From assembly GCA_964016885.1 (NCBI GenBank), contig OZ024741.1, positions 234,546,001 through 234,610,000 on the forward strand: 64,000 bases of DNA, written 5' to 3'. The position numbers and the translations under genes are program-made. Source of the stretch: Eledone cirrhosa. Taxonomy: Eukaryota. Of the stretch, positions 44,173 through 57,395 are shown piece by piece; the first letter of the stretch is position 1; each line of letters opens with the position of its first letter. A model generated the notes under the pieces. The model ran no database searches. It saw nothing but the letters and a program-made list of their open reading frames with translations, and was not told where the DNA came from.

Positions 44173-45180
44173 ATAACTTTGATAACTTTGATAGGTTTCG
44201 GCCTGTATTGACCCAGGCCATGTCTAACTTAATAGCACCACCTGGCGAAGTCTTACAAATCAGTGTTTCGGCACCATGGCCCACTCGAGCAGGGAGTTAT
44301 TGTTTACGGAGGCATATCCGGATGTAGGAGGCTTATCCGGGATTTCTTGAAGGAATTTATCCAAAGACTTCTTGAACTTGATGGGGTCTGTCTCTGCTTT
44401 GATGTGTTTTGGTATAATGTTAAAGAGTGCAGGGCCAATTGAGGTGAAATAATTGTGCCATATTGTTGTTATGTGATGCGAGTGGGATTTTTGTCCTGGG
44501 CAGATAGCACGGGGCCCAAGCCTTGGGTGTATACTAAAGATGATGCCAACATCATTTGGGCTAAGCTGATGTAACAGATAATGTAACGCTCACGGCGACG
44601 TTGAAGAGAATAAAGTTTGAGCTTTTCTAATCGACCCCAATAGTCAAGGCCTGTCATGCCAACTATCTTTTTTGTAATTGACCTTTGGGGTGCTTCAACT
44701 TTCATGATACTTTGTTTCGTGTGGGGTGACCCCAGTGGACAACAGTATTCAAAGTGGGGTCGGGCAAAAGTGGAGAAGAGAAGGACAACAGTGTGGATAT
44801 CTCTCGACTGGAAAGTTCTGAGAATCCAGGAACACATTCTGCGGGCCATATCAACTTTGCTGTTTATATGAGTGTCCCAGCTTATATTGTTGTCCACAAT
44901 TACTCTCAGGTCTCTGATGTTATTGGAAGCCACTAGAGTTTCACCCGAAGGAAGAGAGTATGGTAGTTTTAGAGCATCCTTTTTTCCAAAGTGGATTAGT
45001 TCAAATTTATCCTCATTATATATATATGTATATAAATATATGTATATATATAAATATATATATACATATATTTATATACATATATATATAATGAGGATAA
45101 ATTTGAACTAATCCACTTTGGAAAAAAGGATGCTCTAAAACTACCATACTCTCTTCCTTCGGGTGAAACTCTAGTGGCTT
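44173..45180 (-). mobile_element. CR1-group LINE 3' fragment (44173-45017) with an inverted duplicate (45090-45180)
   Basis: IRDLRVIVDNNISWDTHI, RPHFEYC, DYWGRLEKLKLYSLQRRRERY; (TATCAAAGT)n tail. Confidence 0.85.
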
Positions 45181-45345
45181 CCTCGATATGAATACCCCCT
45201 CCGCCTCCGTGGTATTTTCTTCGTGGTTATAAGAGGCTTAGCTCTGTTTCTCGACCGTTATATCGCGTGACTATCTCCCCCTCCGCCTTTTGGGATTCTT
45301 TCTCACGTCGTGTAGACGTGTTCTTGAGACTAGTAAAATGAGGTA

Positions 45346-45433
45346 TCCTCTTGATAAGTCGGCAGACCTCGCAAGGACTCTATATCTTTGATATATTGTT
45401 TTTGTTTATGCCACGAAACTACGTAGTCGAGGA
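45346..45433 (+). ncRNA. Type I hammerhead ribozyme, family D, U3-A8 core, long stem II insert
   Basis: TCCTC-TTGATAA-GT(C)GGCA...TGCCAC-GAAAC-TACGTA-GTC-GAGGA; palindromic stem III ACTACGTAGT; cleavage predicted after C45428. Confidence 0.82.
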
Positions 45434-45936
45434 ATTTAGGAACAGTTTAGGTATGATACATTTTATTACTAATTATATCTAAATGTTTCTTCTCTCTTCA
45501 TAATGTATTTTTAACTCTGATACTGGTTCAGTCTGGTTCAAACTGAATTGGTCTGTCCCAGTCATTCATTGAGCAACATCGGTGAAGTTGGCACCCTTAA
45601 CTCACAGTTGGGTGCGGATGCATTCATGTATATATGTGTGTGTCCGCATGTATCTGTGTGTTTCTTAATATATTAATAACTCCCTCTGGTCGAGCAATCT
45701 TTGAAGTGTGGGGACAACTGGAAAGCTTCCATTACTCATACTTCTCGCCTTCTTCACTACCTCTTCTACGGCCTCGATATGAATACCCCCTCCGCCTCCG
45801 TGGTATTTTCTTCGTGGTTATAAGAGGCTTAGCTCTGTTTCTCGACCGTTATATCGCGTGACTATCTCCCCCTCCGCCTTTTGGGATTCTTTCTCACGTC
45901 GTGTAGACGCGTTCTTGAGACTAGTAAAATGAGGTA

Positions 45937-46024
45937 TCCTCTTGATAAGTCGGCAGACCTCGCAAGGACTCTATATCTTTGATATATTGTTTTTGTTTAT
46001 GCCACGAAACTACGTAGTCGAGGA
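45937..46024 (+). ncRNA. Type I hammerhead ribozyme, family D, second copy
   Basis: Identical to 45346-45433; cleavage predicted after C46019. Confidence 0.82.
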
Positions 46025-46618
46025 ATTTAGGAACAGTTTAGGTATGATACATTTTATTACTAATTATATCTAAATGTTTCTTCTCTCTTCATAATGTATA
46101 TAAATATATATGTATATATATATATGTATATAAAAATGAAGCGAGAAGCGAAAACCAACCAAACAGTGAGTGTGTTCTGTTATTAATTCTGGCTATATAT
46201 ATATGTATATATATGTATATATATATATACATATATATATATATACATATATATATATACATATATATATACATATATATATACATATATATATACCTAT
46301 ATATATATACATATATATATATATACATATATATATATACATATATATATACATATATTTATATACATATATATATGGAGGCATATGGCAATCGAAAGGT
46401 TGTGAGTTCAATTCTCAGACCGAGAGATGTGTTGTTTCCTTGAGCAAGGCACTTTATTTCACATTGCTCCAGTTTACTCAGCTGTAGAAATGAGATGATA
46501 GGGACTGGGGTCCCTATCATTCCACTGTAAAGTGGTCGTGGTGCCACGGCAAAAAAAAAGCACCCAGCACTCACTGTAAATGAGGTTGGTGTTAGGAAGG
46601 GCATCCAGCTGTAGAAAT

Positions 46619-47166
46619 CAGGCTGTTCGCTTGTTTACAAACGAACAAAGCGGGCGTTATAATAAACGTTCGCTAAACTGATACGTACATATATATATGT
46701 CTACCTGTATGTATATATATATATATATATATATATGCATGCTACTGTACGTCTGTATAGATATATGTATGTACGTATACATACATACTTACATTTAAGT
46801 AAGTGCCGTACTAAGAGGGAGAAATGAAATTTCGTTTCATTATATTACAACTTATCGTTTTCGGTACGCCTGGCCGATTTAACTCACTCGATATGCAAAT
46901 TAGGCTGCTCAGCCGTTAATTTTCATAAGGAAAGTATATACTTTCGAACGTTCAACTATCTGGCAGAAGGGTATACGGTGCTGATGATAGCTAACAAGCT
47001 TGAAACTAGTACATCGTTCCTGTGTCAGTGTTGAACAAAAAGGTGACGTGGTTGCCTTAACACCGTATGGCATAAATCAGGCTGTTCGCTTGTTTACAAA
47101 CGAACAAAGCGGGCGTTATAATAAACGTTCGCTAAACTGATACGTACATATATATATGTGTACCTG

Positions 47167-47208
<42 letters not shown>

Positions 47209-47314
47209 TGCTACTGTACGTCTGTATACATATATGTATGTGCGTATACATACATACTTACATTTAAGTAAGTGCCGTACTAAGAGTGAGAAATGAAATT
47301 TCGTTTCATTATAT

Positions 47315-47318
<4 letters not shown>
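46619..47318 (+). mobile_element. Retrozyme-like family B, about 1.5 tandem units of 459 nt
   Basis: CAGGCTGTTCGCTTGTTTACAAACG at 46619 and 47078; internal TA microsatellite; one HHR per unit. Confidence 0.8.
46975..47017 (+). ncRNA. Minimal type I hammerhead ribozyme, family B
   Basis: ACGGTG-CTGATGA-TAGCTAACAAGCTT-GAAAC-TA-GTA-CATCGT; cleavage predicted after A47011. Confidence 0.88.
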
Positions 47319-47345
<27 letters not shown>

Positions 47346-47354
47346 TCATTAATT

Positions 47355-47747
47355 TGGACTGGATGTTGTGGTACCAACTTTACAGAGAAAGGGTGGTGTT
47401 GGTGGGAGAGGGAGGGTGGAGTAGGGGTAGTGGGATGGGGTGTATATTTGGTTAAGAGGTGCCTACTGATTGTAGGTTTCGCTTTGTACATAGGCAAGAT
47501 GGGTCTTCTGTATTACTGCGTAACACCAAAGATCTCGGTCCAGTGACATTGTCTTAGAGAGATGTAAGTGTGTAAAGGTCGGAATTTATCAAATCATCCC
47601 AGGTTTTTCTGGGTCTACCTACTCCGTAACTACCATCAATTTTGAAAGCCCTGCACTTTTTTTATACAGCTGTAGTCTTTCATGTGCATCACGTGACCAT
47701 ACCAACATAGTCTTCTCTCGAGTAAATAGTATCTGATCCCTCTTATT
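47355..47747 (-). mobile_element. RTE LINE fragment
   Basis: Homologous to about 28640-29025. Confidence 0.82.
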
Positions 47748-47961
47748 CATATGTATATATGTATGTATATATATATATATATGTGTATATATGTAAGTAT
47801 GTATATATGTATGTATATATGTATGTGTATATGTGTGTGTGTATATATGTATGTATATATATATATGTCTGTATATATATGTGTATGTATATATATATAT
47901 GTGTGTATATGTATATATATATGTATATGTTTGTATATATATATATATGTATGTATGTATG

Positions 47962-48020
<59 letters not shown>

Positions 48021-48164
48021 GTAATGGAGGAAGTGTGGTAAGTAACCAGGTGGACCATAACGCACCAAAGTACTCGATACTGCGTAGTAGAGTGGGTAAT
48101 ATGAAAAGAGTCAGGCCGTTTTGACAGCTATACAGACACACATATATATATATTTATATATATA

Positions 48165-48744
48165 CTAGCTAAAGTACCCGTCCTTTGGATGGTTCAAGTA
48201 GCTTTCGATGTAGCTCATTAAACTAAACAAAGTAAATTTGAACACAGAAGAAAAACGTACTTTATGTAAACATGAAAACCTTAGGCACTATTCCAGCGAA
48301 ATAATTAATATGTGAGCTCGGTGTCATCCGTTATCCCATGTAACAACAGAAATCCAGTCTAGGTATACATTTTTTTGACAACAGTAAAACCTTTTGTTTC
48401 AAGTACAAAGAGTAAAGAAAAATCCAAATGAGCCGAATTGTAATAATCAAAATCCCAAAACAAAATTTTTCACAACATCAAATATGAGTTCCTATTGTAT
48501 TGACGAAAGATAACTCTTGTCTTACTTAATCACGAAAATTGACACAAATAACCGAAATGTTTTTAATGTCTCCAAAGGCCCCAATATAGATTTTTGAAAG
48601 CCTTTGTAGATCATGTACAGGTTTTGTGCAAGGAGAAGCTCTGTAAATAATTTCAGAAATCGCATGAATGGTTTAGAATATATGAGCCCTCATTAAAAAT
48701 TGTCCACACACACACAGAAAACTTCAGCTTTATATATATACAGA
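48165..48744 (-). mobile_element. Non-autonomous Helitron
   Basis: Minus strand A|TCTGTATATATATAAAGCTGAAG ... hairpin CCATCCaaaGGACGG ... CTAG|T; inserted in AT with no TSD. Confidence 0.75.
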
Positions 48745-48770
48745 TGTGTGTCTGTATATATATGTGTGTG

Positions 48771-48806
<36 letters not shown>

Positions 48807-48809
<3 letters not shown>

Positions 48810-49698
48810 GGTGCGGACGATATCTGTTCGCAAGATTACTGTCTAGGAGAAAATAGCACAGTAGTTTTATTTTTTAAGATATATTTATCAAACTTGGGTC
48901 AGTTTGTCTTCATGGCTTGTTCTTTCGATCTCACTTGATAAACCCACCATTGGCTTTGATGACGGCCTCAAGGCGGCCTCAGAACCGGCTACAGGCCTTC
49001 GTCACTGTCCCCTGACTTAGGCCCTTAAAGGCACTTGTGATCCTGGCCTTCAGATCGTCTTTCGTATTGCAGCTAGATCTGTTGGTGTCTCGTTCCACTG
49101 CTCCTCACACAAAGAAGTCGAGGGGGTTGCAGTCAGGCGAGCTGGGAGGCCAGATGTCAGGTGAAGTGTGGTCGACGAAGTTCTCTGACAGCCAGGCTTG
49201 TGTCTTTCAGCTGGTATAGCAGGGCACTGAGTCTTGCTTCCACACGTACAGCCTACCTGCAGCTACCTGGTCGATCCAGGGCTTTACTACCTCGCTCAGA
49301 ACGCAGATGTAGCCATTAGTGTTCAGCTTGAGGCCCTCAGGGAAGAAGTGAGGTGGCATGACGTCACCTTGACTGCTGACGACACTTAAGACCAATGTTG
49401 TCGCTGGAAACTTTGTCTGCATGACTCTAGGCACGTCTTTGGATGAGACAGCGAGCCACCTGTTGTTCTGGGAGTTGATCTTCTGTTCTTATTTGTCCTC
49501 CCGGCGCAGATTCCAAGAAGAACACCGTGTCTCTCCCACAAATTTGGAGGTTCAAAATTATTTATAATCAATTATTCTGAAAATAAATAATGGAAATATA
49601 GTCACTGTTTTTATGAAGACAAGAGTGACAACGGAAGTTTAAAAAATTGGCATAAAATTAGCAGTTGAAAATTGCGAACAAATATCGTCCACACCCGG
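48807..49698 (-). mobile_element. maT/mariner copy with internal deletion
   Basis: TIRs CAGGGTGCGGACGATATCTGTTCGCAA / TTGCGAACAAATATCGTCCACACCCGG with TA flanks; homologous to 32844-34073. Confidence 0.9.
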
Positions 49699-50664
49699 TA
49701 TATATATATGCATCTATATATTTCCTTTTTTTTTTCTGTCTCCATTTATTAACAAATGAACTTTGGATATCATCATCATCATCGATTCATATATCTTTAA
49801 CAGATCTTGTACGATCAATGCCTGTGACAACCCAACTTTAGTAAGATTCTTCTCAAATACAACCCCTAACTGCAATACATACAACATTCTAGAGAGAAAT
49901 CCCCCCCCCCCCATATTATGTCTCTATCATCCATGGTATTACATTTCCCCTTACCAACCACTACCACCTTTCTCACTTCATATGTGTTTATAAGCCCACT
50001 GGCTACTTAAGTTTTTCCACTGATTGTTGTACTGGCTGAATCTAAAGTATGTAAAAAGCTTTCTTTTATCTTCAACTGTGTATCATTCAAAATACATATC
50101 ACTCCAAGTTATTTTTCTGTTTTGCTCCATCTACTTATGAATGGAATCCAAGCATATCTTTAACATATCGTATTTTCTGTCTTGCTCTATTTATTAACAA
50201 ATGAACTTCTGGCATGTCTTTGTGTCTTTAATAGCCCCTGTATGATCAGTGGCTGTGGCTCATCTCTCATTTTCCCTCCCACCCATGTTCACCTCCATAG
50301 CCTCCTAGACCAATCAAATCACAGCAATGCAAATATGTCTTAACTCTTTACTCATAGTCTATTGCAATAACTACTACTACTATCATTGTTATGGGTTGGT
50401 TGTTTGTATTACAGATGGACTACAATGTTGGAGCAACTCTAAATATGAATTGACTATTCGTTTCCAGGCGACCATGTGAACTTTCTTCTTTATTTCAGAC
50501 ATGGAAAGCCAACACCAATTCACCCCCCACTCTCTTCTACTCTATAATAAACTTCAAAACTTCCAAGTTGCCACCATCAATTTAGTCATGATGAAATGAA
50601 GATCAGGATAGATTGTAGAGGTGCTAGAACGAAAGAAAGTTGATGTGTGTTGTATACATCAACT

Positions 50665-52415
50665 TTCTGAATCAAGTCATGAAAGTTGCAGAAAAAGTTA
50701 TAGTACAGATGATTAAGGACCAATTTAACCTAGATGAGATGCAATTTGGATCTGTGCCAGGTAAAAGTACCACTGACACCTTCTTCATTATGAGGCAACA
50801 GCAAAAGTATTTAGCTAAATGTATGTCCCTCTTCTTAGCATTTATCTGGTGGACGCTTAGAAAACTAGGGATATATCAGTGGCTTGTAAGGGCAGTATAA
50901 GCCATGTATAGAGGAGCAGTCAGTAAGGTTAGAATTAACAATGATTATAGTGAGGAATTTAGCATGCAGATAAGTCCATCAGGACTCTTAGCCTTCTCCT
51001 GTTTATTATCATCCTGCAGGTTATAACAGAAGAGTTTAAGACTAGTTGCCCATGGGAACTCCTATATGCAGATGATCTAACTCTCAAATCTATGGCAGAA
51101 TTAGAGAAAAAATTCCAAACCTGGAAGCATAGATTAGAATCAAAAGGTCTTAAAGTCAACTTGACAAAAACTAAAGTCCTAGGAAGTAGAAAGGAAAACA
51201 AGGCCCAGATCCCTTCAGCCTTGTTCAGTGTGCAGGAAAGAAGTAGGTAGAAATTCCATCCTTTGGCCCAAATGCAAGCTATAGGTACACAGGAGATGTA
51301 GTGGAATCTCAGGTAGGCTAACAAAGAATGTAGGTTTTGTATGTGCACAGGAGCAGTAAGGTAGCAAGAGCCCACAGGAAACATGCTCCATTAAATGCTC
51401 AGAAAGCTCCATAGAAGTAATTGATAGCTTCTGTTACCTGGGTGACTAAATTAGCAGTGTTCTAAAAGTATAGTAGCCAGAGTGAGAATGGTGTGAAAAA
51501 AGTTCAGGAAGCCACTACTGCTGCTAACTACAAATGGCCTTTCCTTCAAAAGAAAAGGCAGATTGTATGACAGTTGTGTATGAATAGCAATGCTGCATGG
51601 AAGTGAGATCTGGGCACTGCAGAGGACCTGCGGAGATTGGAAAGAAATGAATCTTGCATGCCCCAATGGATGTCTAATAGTAATGTGCACAAATGGCAAA
51701 GCATAAAAAAAACTGAGAAACTGGGTATAAGAGGTTGTCAGATGCAGTGTGCAAGAGAGGAGATTGTGATGGTATGGACATGTAAGTTGTATGGAGGGTG
51801 ACAGCTGTATAAAAAGATACAGGGCACTCAAAGTTAATGGAAACTGAAAGAGGAAGACTTAGAAAAATTTGGGATGAAGTGATAAAAGTAGACATTGCCC
51901 AATTAAACATCACAAGGATGACACAAGATTGCGATCTCTCTCGTTATGTTATACTGCAGAAGACCTGCCTTCCCATGTGCACTAGCTAAATAACCCATAC
52001 ACCTCACCCATGTTGAACTTACTTACTTGTTCCACCCTAATCCTCACTCATCACCTCTAATACCCCTCTCCTGCCAAACCACACATCCAAAAAATCACCA
52101 ATTCCACCCCTTATAGTGATCCAATGCTACAAGAAAGCACCCAGTCCATCCCGTAAGGCAGTCATGCTCACACGACAAGAACACTCGGTCCACCCTGTTA
52201 GATGGTTGTTTTGGTGCCACTATAAAAAGCACACAATCCACACTGTAAGGTAGTTGGTGTTAGGAAGGGTATCCATCTATAAAAACCAATCCAAAATACA
52301 GATCCATATGAGCAAGACATGGTCACCTGACATGAATTGTCTCATAACATGACAACCTGTCTAACTAATGCAAACATAGAGCCATAGACATTAAATGGTG
52401 ATGAGGATGATGATA
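50665..52415 (+). mobile_element. Older, heavily mutated RTE LINE
   Basis: NQVMKVAEKVI, LDEMQFGSVPGKSTTD, PWELLYADDL, many stops; GATGA tail. Confidence 0.85.
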
Positions 52416-52761
52416 TATATGGTTTTCTGCGGCTGAATGTCCTTGTTAATGCCAACTACATTTCAGCATGCACTGAGAGCTTTTATTGTGGCACAGCATT
52501 ACCTTCTTACAGGGTGGACTGGATGCGTTTGTCGTGGCACTAGCACTATAGTAAGAGCAAACAACATATCTTGAGGGTATTTATATGCATAATATATATA
52601 TATATGTGCGTGTGTATGAATATATGTGTGTGTGTCTGTGTGTATATATATATACATATATATATATTTATGAAGAAAAAGTAAACAGAAAACAACAAAA
52701 TAAACAATACAGTACAATCAAAATATATATATATTAGTTTAATGATTAAAAAGAAAAGAGT

Positions 52762-52795
52762 CCTGACATTTCGGACGTTAGTCCTTCATCATAAG
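52762..52795 (-). ncRNA. Degenerate minimal hammerhead relic
   Basis: Minus strand CTT-aTGATGA-A-GGAC taac GTCC-GAAA-TG-TC-AGG; C3 mutated. Confidence 0.5.
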
Positions 52796-54090
52796 ATAAA
52801 ATGAGAAATGAAAGAAGTAGAAAGATAGAGGAGAATGAGAATAGGAAGAAACGGAAAATAATTTTGTGGGAAGGAAAAGCACATGCGTGTTCAGTCAGTC
52901 ATTTTATATATAATCAATACAATAAGCCCACTTGATGGTATATCATATAATAAGAAATTACATCGCTAATATCTATACAGGTGAGAGCTGTCTGTGGATT
53001 CACAATTATGTAACAAATACCAGTGAAATGCATATAACAGCAATTACATAAATAAAATGTGAAATTCTAACCTACTACCTTCTACATTAATACTCTGTCG
53101 TACACAGACCTACATGGTAATATAACTGGGAAGGCATACCACGTTGAGTGCTTAACCCTACTTACACAAGTGTTTTTTTTAATCAATACTTACAACCTGA
53201 TAACTAACAATCGATTAATTATCATGAAATAACCATAAATATATATTATAATAAAACTGAATACAAGGATTGCATATTAATATAAATATATTATTGCAGA
53301 GCACAATTGTGTTTCTTAGCATTCATACAATGCAGGCAAGAACTTTATTTCATTAGCTGAGATAACAAATTTAATAAAAAGGATTTTAATTTACCTAGAT
53401 TTTATACATTTGCAATGACAAACTCATAAGCCACTAAAACTTCAGAATTCAAATCTCTTCCATTCGAATATAAAAAAACTATTACAAAATCCTTCAATAG
53501 GTATAATATTAACTGTACTTGCAGTTTTAAATATGAATATTTCTTGCAGTGTAAAAGTAATATATCATTAACAAAAATCTATGCAAGTGTTCCATAATGA
53601 AGAGTTTAAAGCATTATGAATATAATGTAAGTTAACTGAACATAAAGAGTTAAAGTTATATACTTTAAAATATATGTTTACTTTAATATCTGTAATTAAC
53701 AATAATTTCCAGCTAAATTTTAAGAAAATATGCCCAGAAGGTGAAGTGAGACAGAGAAGGTGAAAGAGAGAGAGAATATACAAACATTAATAATAATTTT
53801 TTTTAAATGTTCATTTGGACGTAAGTCTTATATACACTGACATAAGATAGTAGAGAAAGAGGAGTAGAGTAAAAACAAAAGAGAGGAGAGAACTCGGGTG
53901 AATGGCAAAGTGAAAAAGAAAATTTGGAAAAGACAGAGAATATACAAACAATATGTGCACAAACATATGTAGGACCTTAAAATACAAAATCGTTTGATGA
54001 TATAAAACTGACATATCTAACCTTCATTAAGATATATTTAGTAGTTAGACAAGGTGAAGAGGGGTGTGAAAGTGTAGCAATATTATCTCA

Positions 54091-54093
<3 letters not shown>

Positions 54094-54171
<78 letters not shown>
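54094..54171. repeat. (CT)n microsatellite
   Basis: Directly visible. Confidence 0.97.
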
Positions 54172-54173
<2 letters not shown>

Positions 54174-55454
54174 GAATATATATATATATTATGAAGTGCA
54201 TCTTAAGGTAGATATTTTGTTGCTGTGCTAATAATCGTTTTGGCATTGATACACCGGTTGGATGCCCTTCCTAACACCAGCACCACTTTACAGCATGGAC
54301 TGGGTGCTTTTATTTGTGCCACCAGCACTAGAGAGGATGTCTTACTAGACTCAAAGGCCCTCTCTACCCCTCCATTTTACAGCATGGTCATAAAAAAAAA
54401 AAATATGTCAATTTCATTTCATCAAATGACTACTGAATGCTTAAGGTATTGCTGTGTTTTAATGTATATATGTATGTAAGTGTGTGTATATATATATATA
54501 TATCATCATCATCATTTTCGTCTTTTCCCTGCGTGTGTGTGTGTATATATATGTGTGCATGTGCAAATAGTAAGATGCAGTAATATCTCAAATTTCCAGA
54601 CCATCACATAAGTAGTAATGTAAACAAATACATGTGGCATATTGTTATGTTCATTGCATATATATATTTATATATGCATGCACACACACATATATTTATA
54701 CATGCACATATATACCGTCAAAATGGCCGGAGCTCAGCCGTCGGGGTCCTGACTCTTTTCCGACATACATACATACATATACATATATACAAATATATTT
54801 CTATCCTACAGCAGCATACCAATATTTTCTTATTAGCTCTGTCAAGTTACCAAAGACTGGGTCTTTGATCGACCAGTGACACGATCTTGGCACCAGTAAA
54901 TCTACCACAACAACGATGAGGAATAGATACATATTGGCAATACATCTCAAGTGAAAATTTTGGAGTAAAATTCTTAAAAACTTAAAATTTTGTGTTTTTT
55001 GTTCTTCAACATTTCCATAGTTCCATTAACTCCTTCATTACCATATTTATAATGAAATATTTTGTATTTTAATTAATTAATGAAGAATTTAGGAAGAAGG
55101 AGAGAAAACCAAGATCAATTTTAAGACACCATATTTCTAATGGAATATGAAATACACTGTATTTGAATTAATTAATGAAGAATTATGGGTGATTTACTAA
55201 AGTTATTGATTATTTCATTATTAAGATGTTATTTGTAACATAACTTTCTTATGTAATATAAGATTCTTATATCAAACTATTTTGTAAGGTTTTATTTTAA
55301 ATAGGAACCCTTTAAAACATGTAGTTTTGTTTCATATAACCAGGGGCAGTTTTATGCAGGTTGGTATTAAAAGAGCTAAACAATATTAAATATTTATATT
55401 GAAATGATATGATGGAACTCTCAACATATTTGTCTTTAACTCTTTAATTGTTTC

Positions 55455-56450
55455 TTTCCAACATTAGCACAAGGCCAACAAATTGAGGAAGTGGAAAATT
55501 GATTATATTGACCTCAGTGCTTTACTGGTGCTTTATTTTTTTGATCCCCAGAAGGATGAAAGGCAAAATTGACCTGAGCATGACTTGAATGCAGAACTTA
55601 AAAAGCTGGAACAAATACTTGTTTCTACTTTAGGCACAAGGCCAGCAATTACCCAGTGCATTACTGGTACTTTATTTTATCGACCCCGTAAGGATGAAAG
55701 GCAAAGTCAACCTCGGCGGGATTTGAACTCAGATCATAAAGGGACGTAACTATGCTTGAAAGCATGGCGTCCGACCCTCTACCGATACTGCCAATCCACT
55801 GGAACAAATACTGCTAGTTTGTCTGACACTCTAATAACTCAGCCAATTTAGTGTCCTCTGTTAACCCTATAACATCTAAATTATCAATATAGTTAAAAGT
55901 TTGTTCAGAGCTCATCAGACCAGAGCTTATGCCAATTTCATGAGGCATTGTGACAGAGTAATAGATTCCCCATAGTCCATCACACAGTTTACCCTCAGCT
56001 GCTGCTACATGTATTCATTTTTTCAGCTGAGTTCACTGGTGCAACATTAAATGAAATGGCTTGTTTAAAAATAGAATGTGCTACCAGTTGGAGCAGGTAT
56101 CAAACCTATGACCTTACATTCGTGGGTCCAACACCGTAACCACAAGGCTGTAAATTTTCAAATTATCAATATGAACAAAAAGATATTATTTAATGGTCTT
56201 TTTCAACATATTTTAAGGTAAGGCTGGTGGATTGGCAAAATTGGTAGAATGCCAGCTAAAATGCCACTGTGGTATTTGTTCTGGCTCTTTATGATCTGAG
56301 TTCAAATTCTGCCATGGGGCCATGGTTAACTATGACTTTCAACCTAACGGGATCAATGAAATAAAGTACCAGTAAAGTACTGTGGTTAATTTAATCAAAT
56401 TCTTCCTTCCACCAAGTTTGCTGGCCTTGTTCCTAAATTAAAAATCAATA
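55455..56450. mobile_element. Cluster of SINE copies (Nin/Deu-like: 55455-55620 and 55625-55800 minus, 56220-56450 plus)
   Basis: ACTGGTACTTTATTTTATCGACCCC..AAGGATGAAAGGCAAAGTCAACC...GATTTGAACTC is the reverse complement of the SINE core seen at 1-3 kb. Confidence 0.7.
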
Positions 56451-57395
56451 TTTGAAGGTAAGCAGTGTTTTAAAATTTTTATTTTCTTATATTTTTTTCT
56501 TTTATTTCTATTGGTTTTAGTCATCAGACTCCAATCATGCTGGGGTATCACATTCAAATATTTAGTCAGTCATATTAACCCTAGTCTGGTTTATAAAAAT
56601 TATTAAATGTTTCATTACAAATATAGCAACTTGATGTATGGTGCTTATATAATATTATATTTTAAGGTTTTTAATTTAAATAAGAACTATTTTAAATGGG
56701 TGGTTTTGTTTCATAGAACCAGAGCTGATTTTGGTTGGTATCAAATAGTTTAAACATAAACATGAATGTAGAGATAAACAAACACTCTTTCTTCCTCTCT
56801 CTAATATATATATGTATATGTATATCCTAGTGTTTAGAATATATAAACAGTGTCCTTACATGTCATAAGAGATGACTAAAAGAGTTGGCATTAGGAAGGG
56901 TATATTGCTGTAAGACATTGTCCCAAACCCATGCCAGCATGAAAAAGTGAACGTCAAAACAATGATGATTGATATATATAACAGATACCACGGAAATATA
57001 TATAACAGTAATAAAATAATCAATAAAATGATGCAAGATTCAAATACTCTGATTTCTTCATTACGGAGTCGATAAAATAAAGCACCAGTAAATACCCTGC
57101 GATAATTGCTGGCCTTGTGCCAAAAGTAGAAACTATTATTATATATATATATATCATATCATTATCATCATCATCATCACCGTTTTGCGTTCGTTCTTCC
57201 ACGCTAGCATGGGTTAGATGGGTTGTCCTGTTGTGGGCAGTGTCCAGTCAGCTGACCTTGTCTAGCTCATACGGAAACTGATTCTGGCTTGATTTCTACA
57301 GCTGGATGCCCTTCCTCATTTACAGTGAGTGTTAGGTGCTTTTTTCTGTGGTGCCTACACATCCACTTTACAGTGTGGGCTGATATATATATATA

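Larger units (their letters stand above)
45181..46099 (+). mobile_element. Retrozyme-like family D: two near-identical 328-bp direct repeats (45181-45508, 45772-46099), period 591 nt, each containing an HHR
   Basis: I saw one difference between the repeats (GACGTG vs GACGCG); no credible ORF. Confidence 0.8.

Noticed and set aside
44195-44225. Stem-loop followed by GAAAC as a hammerhead (also at about 16470-16500)
   Set aside because: No CUGANGA/UUGANAA box or stem I; it is the 3' terminal stem-loop of a CR1-group LINE.
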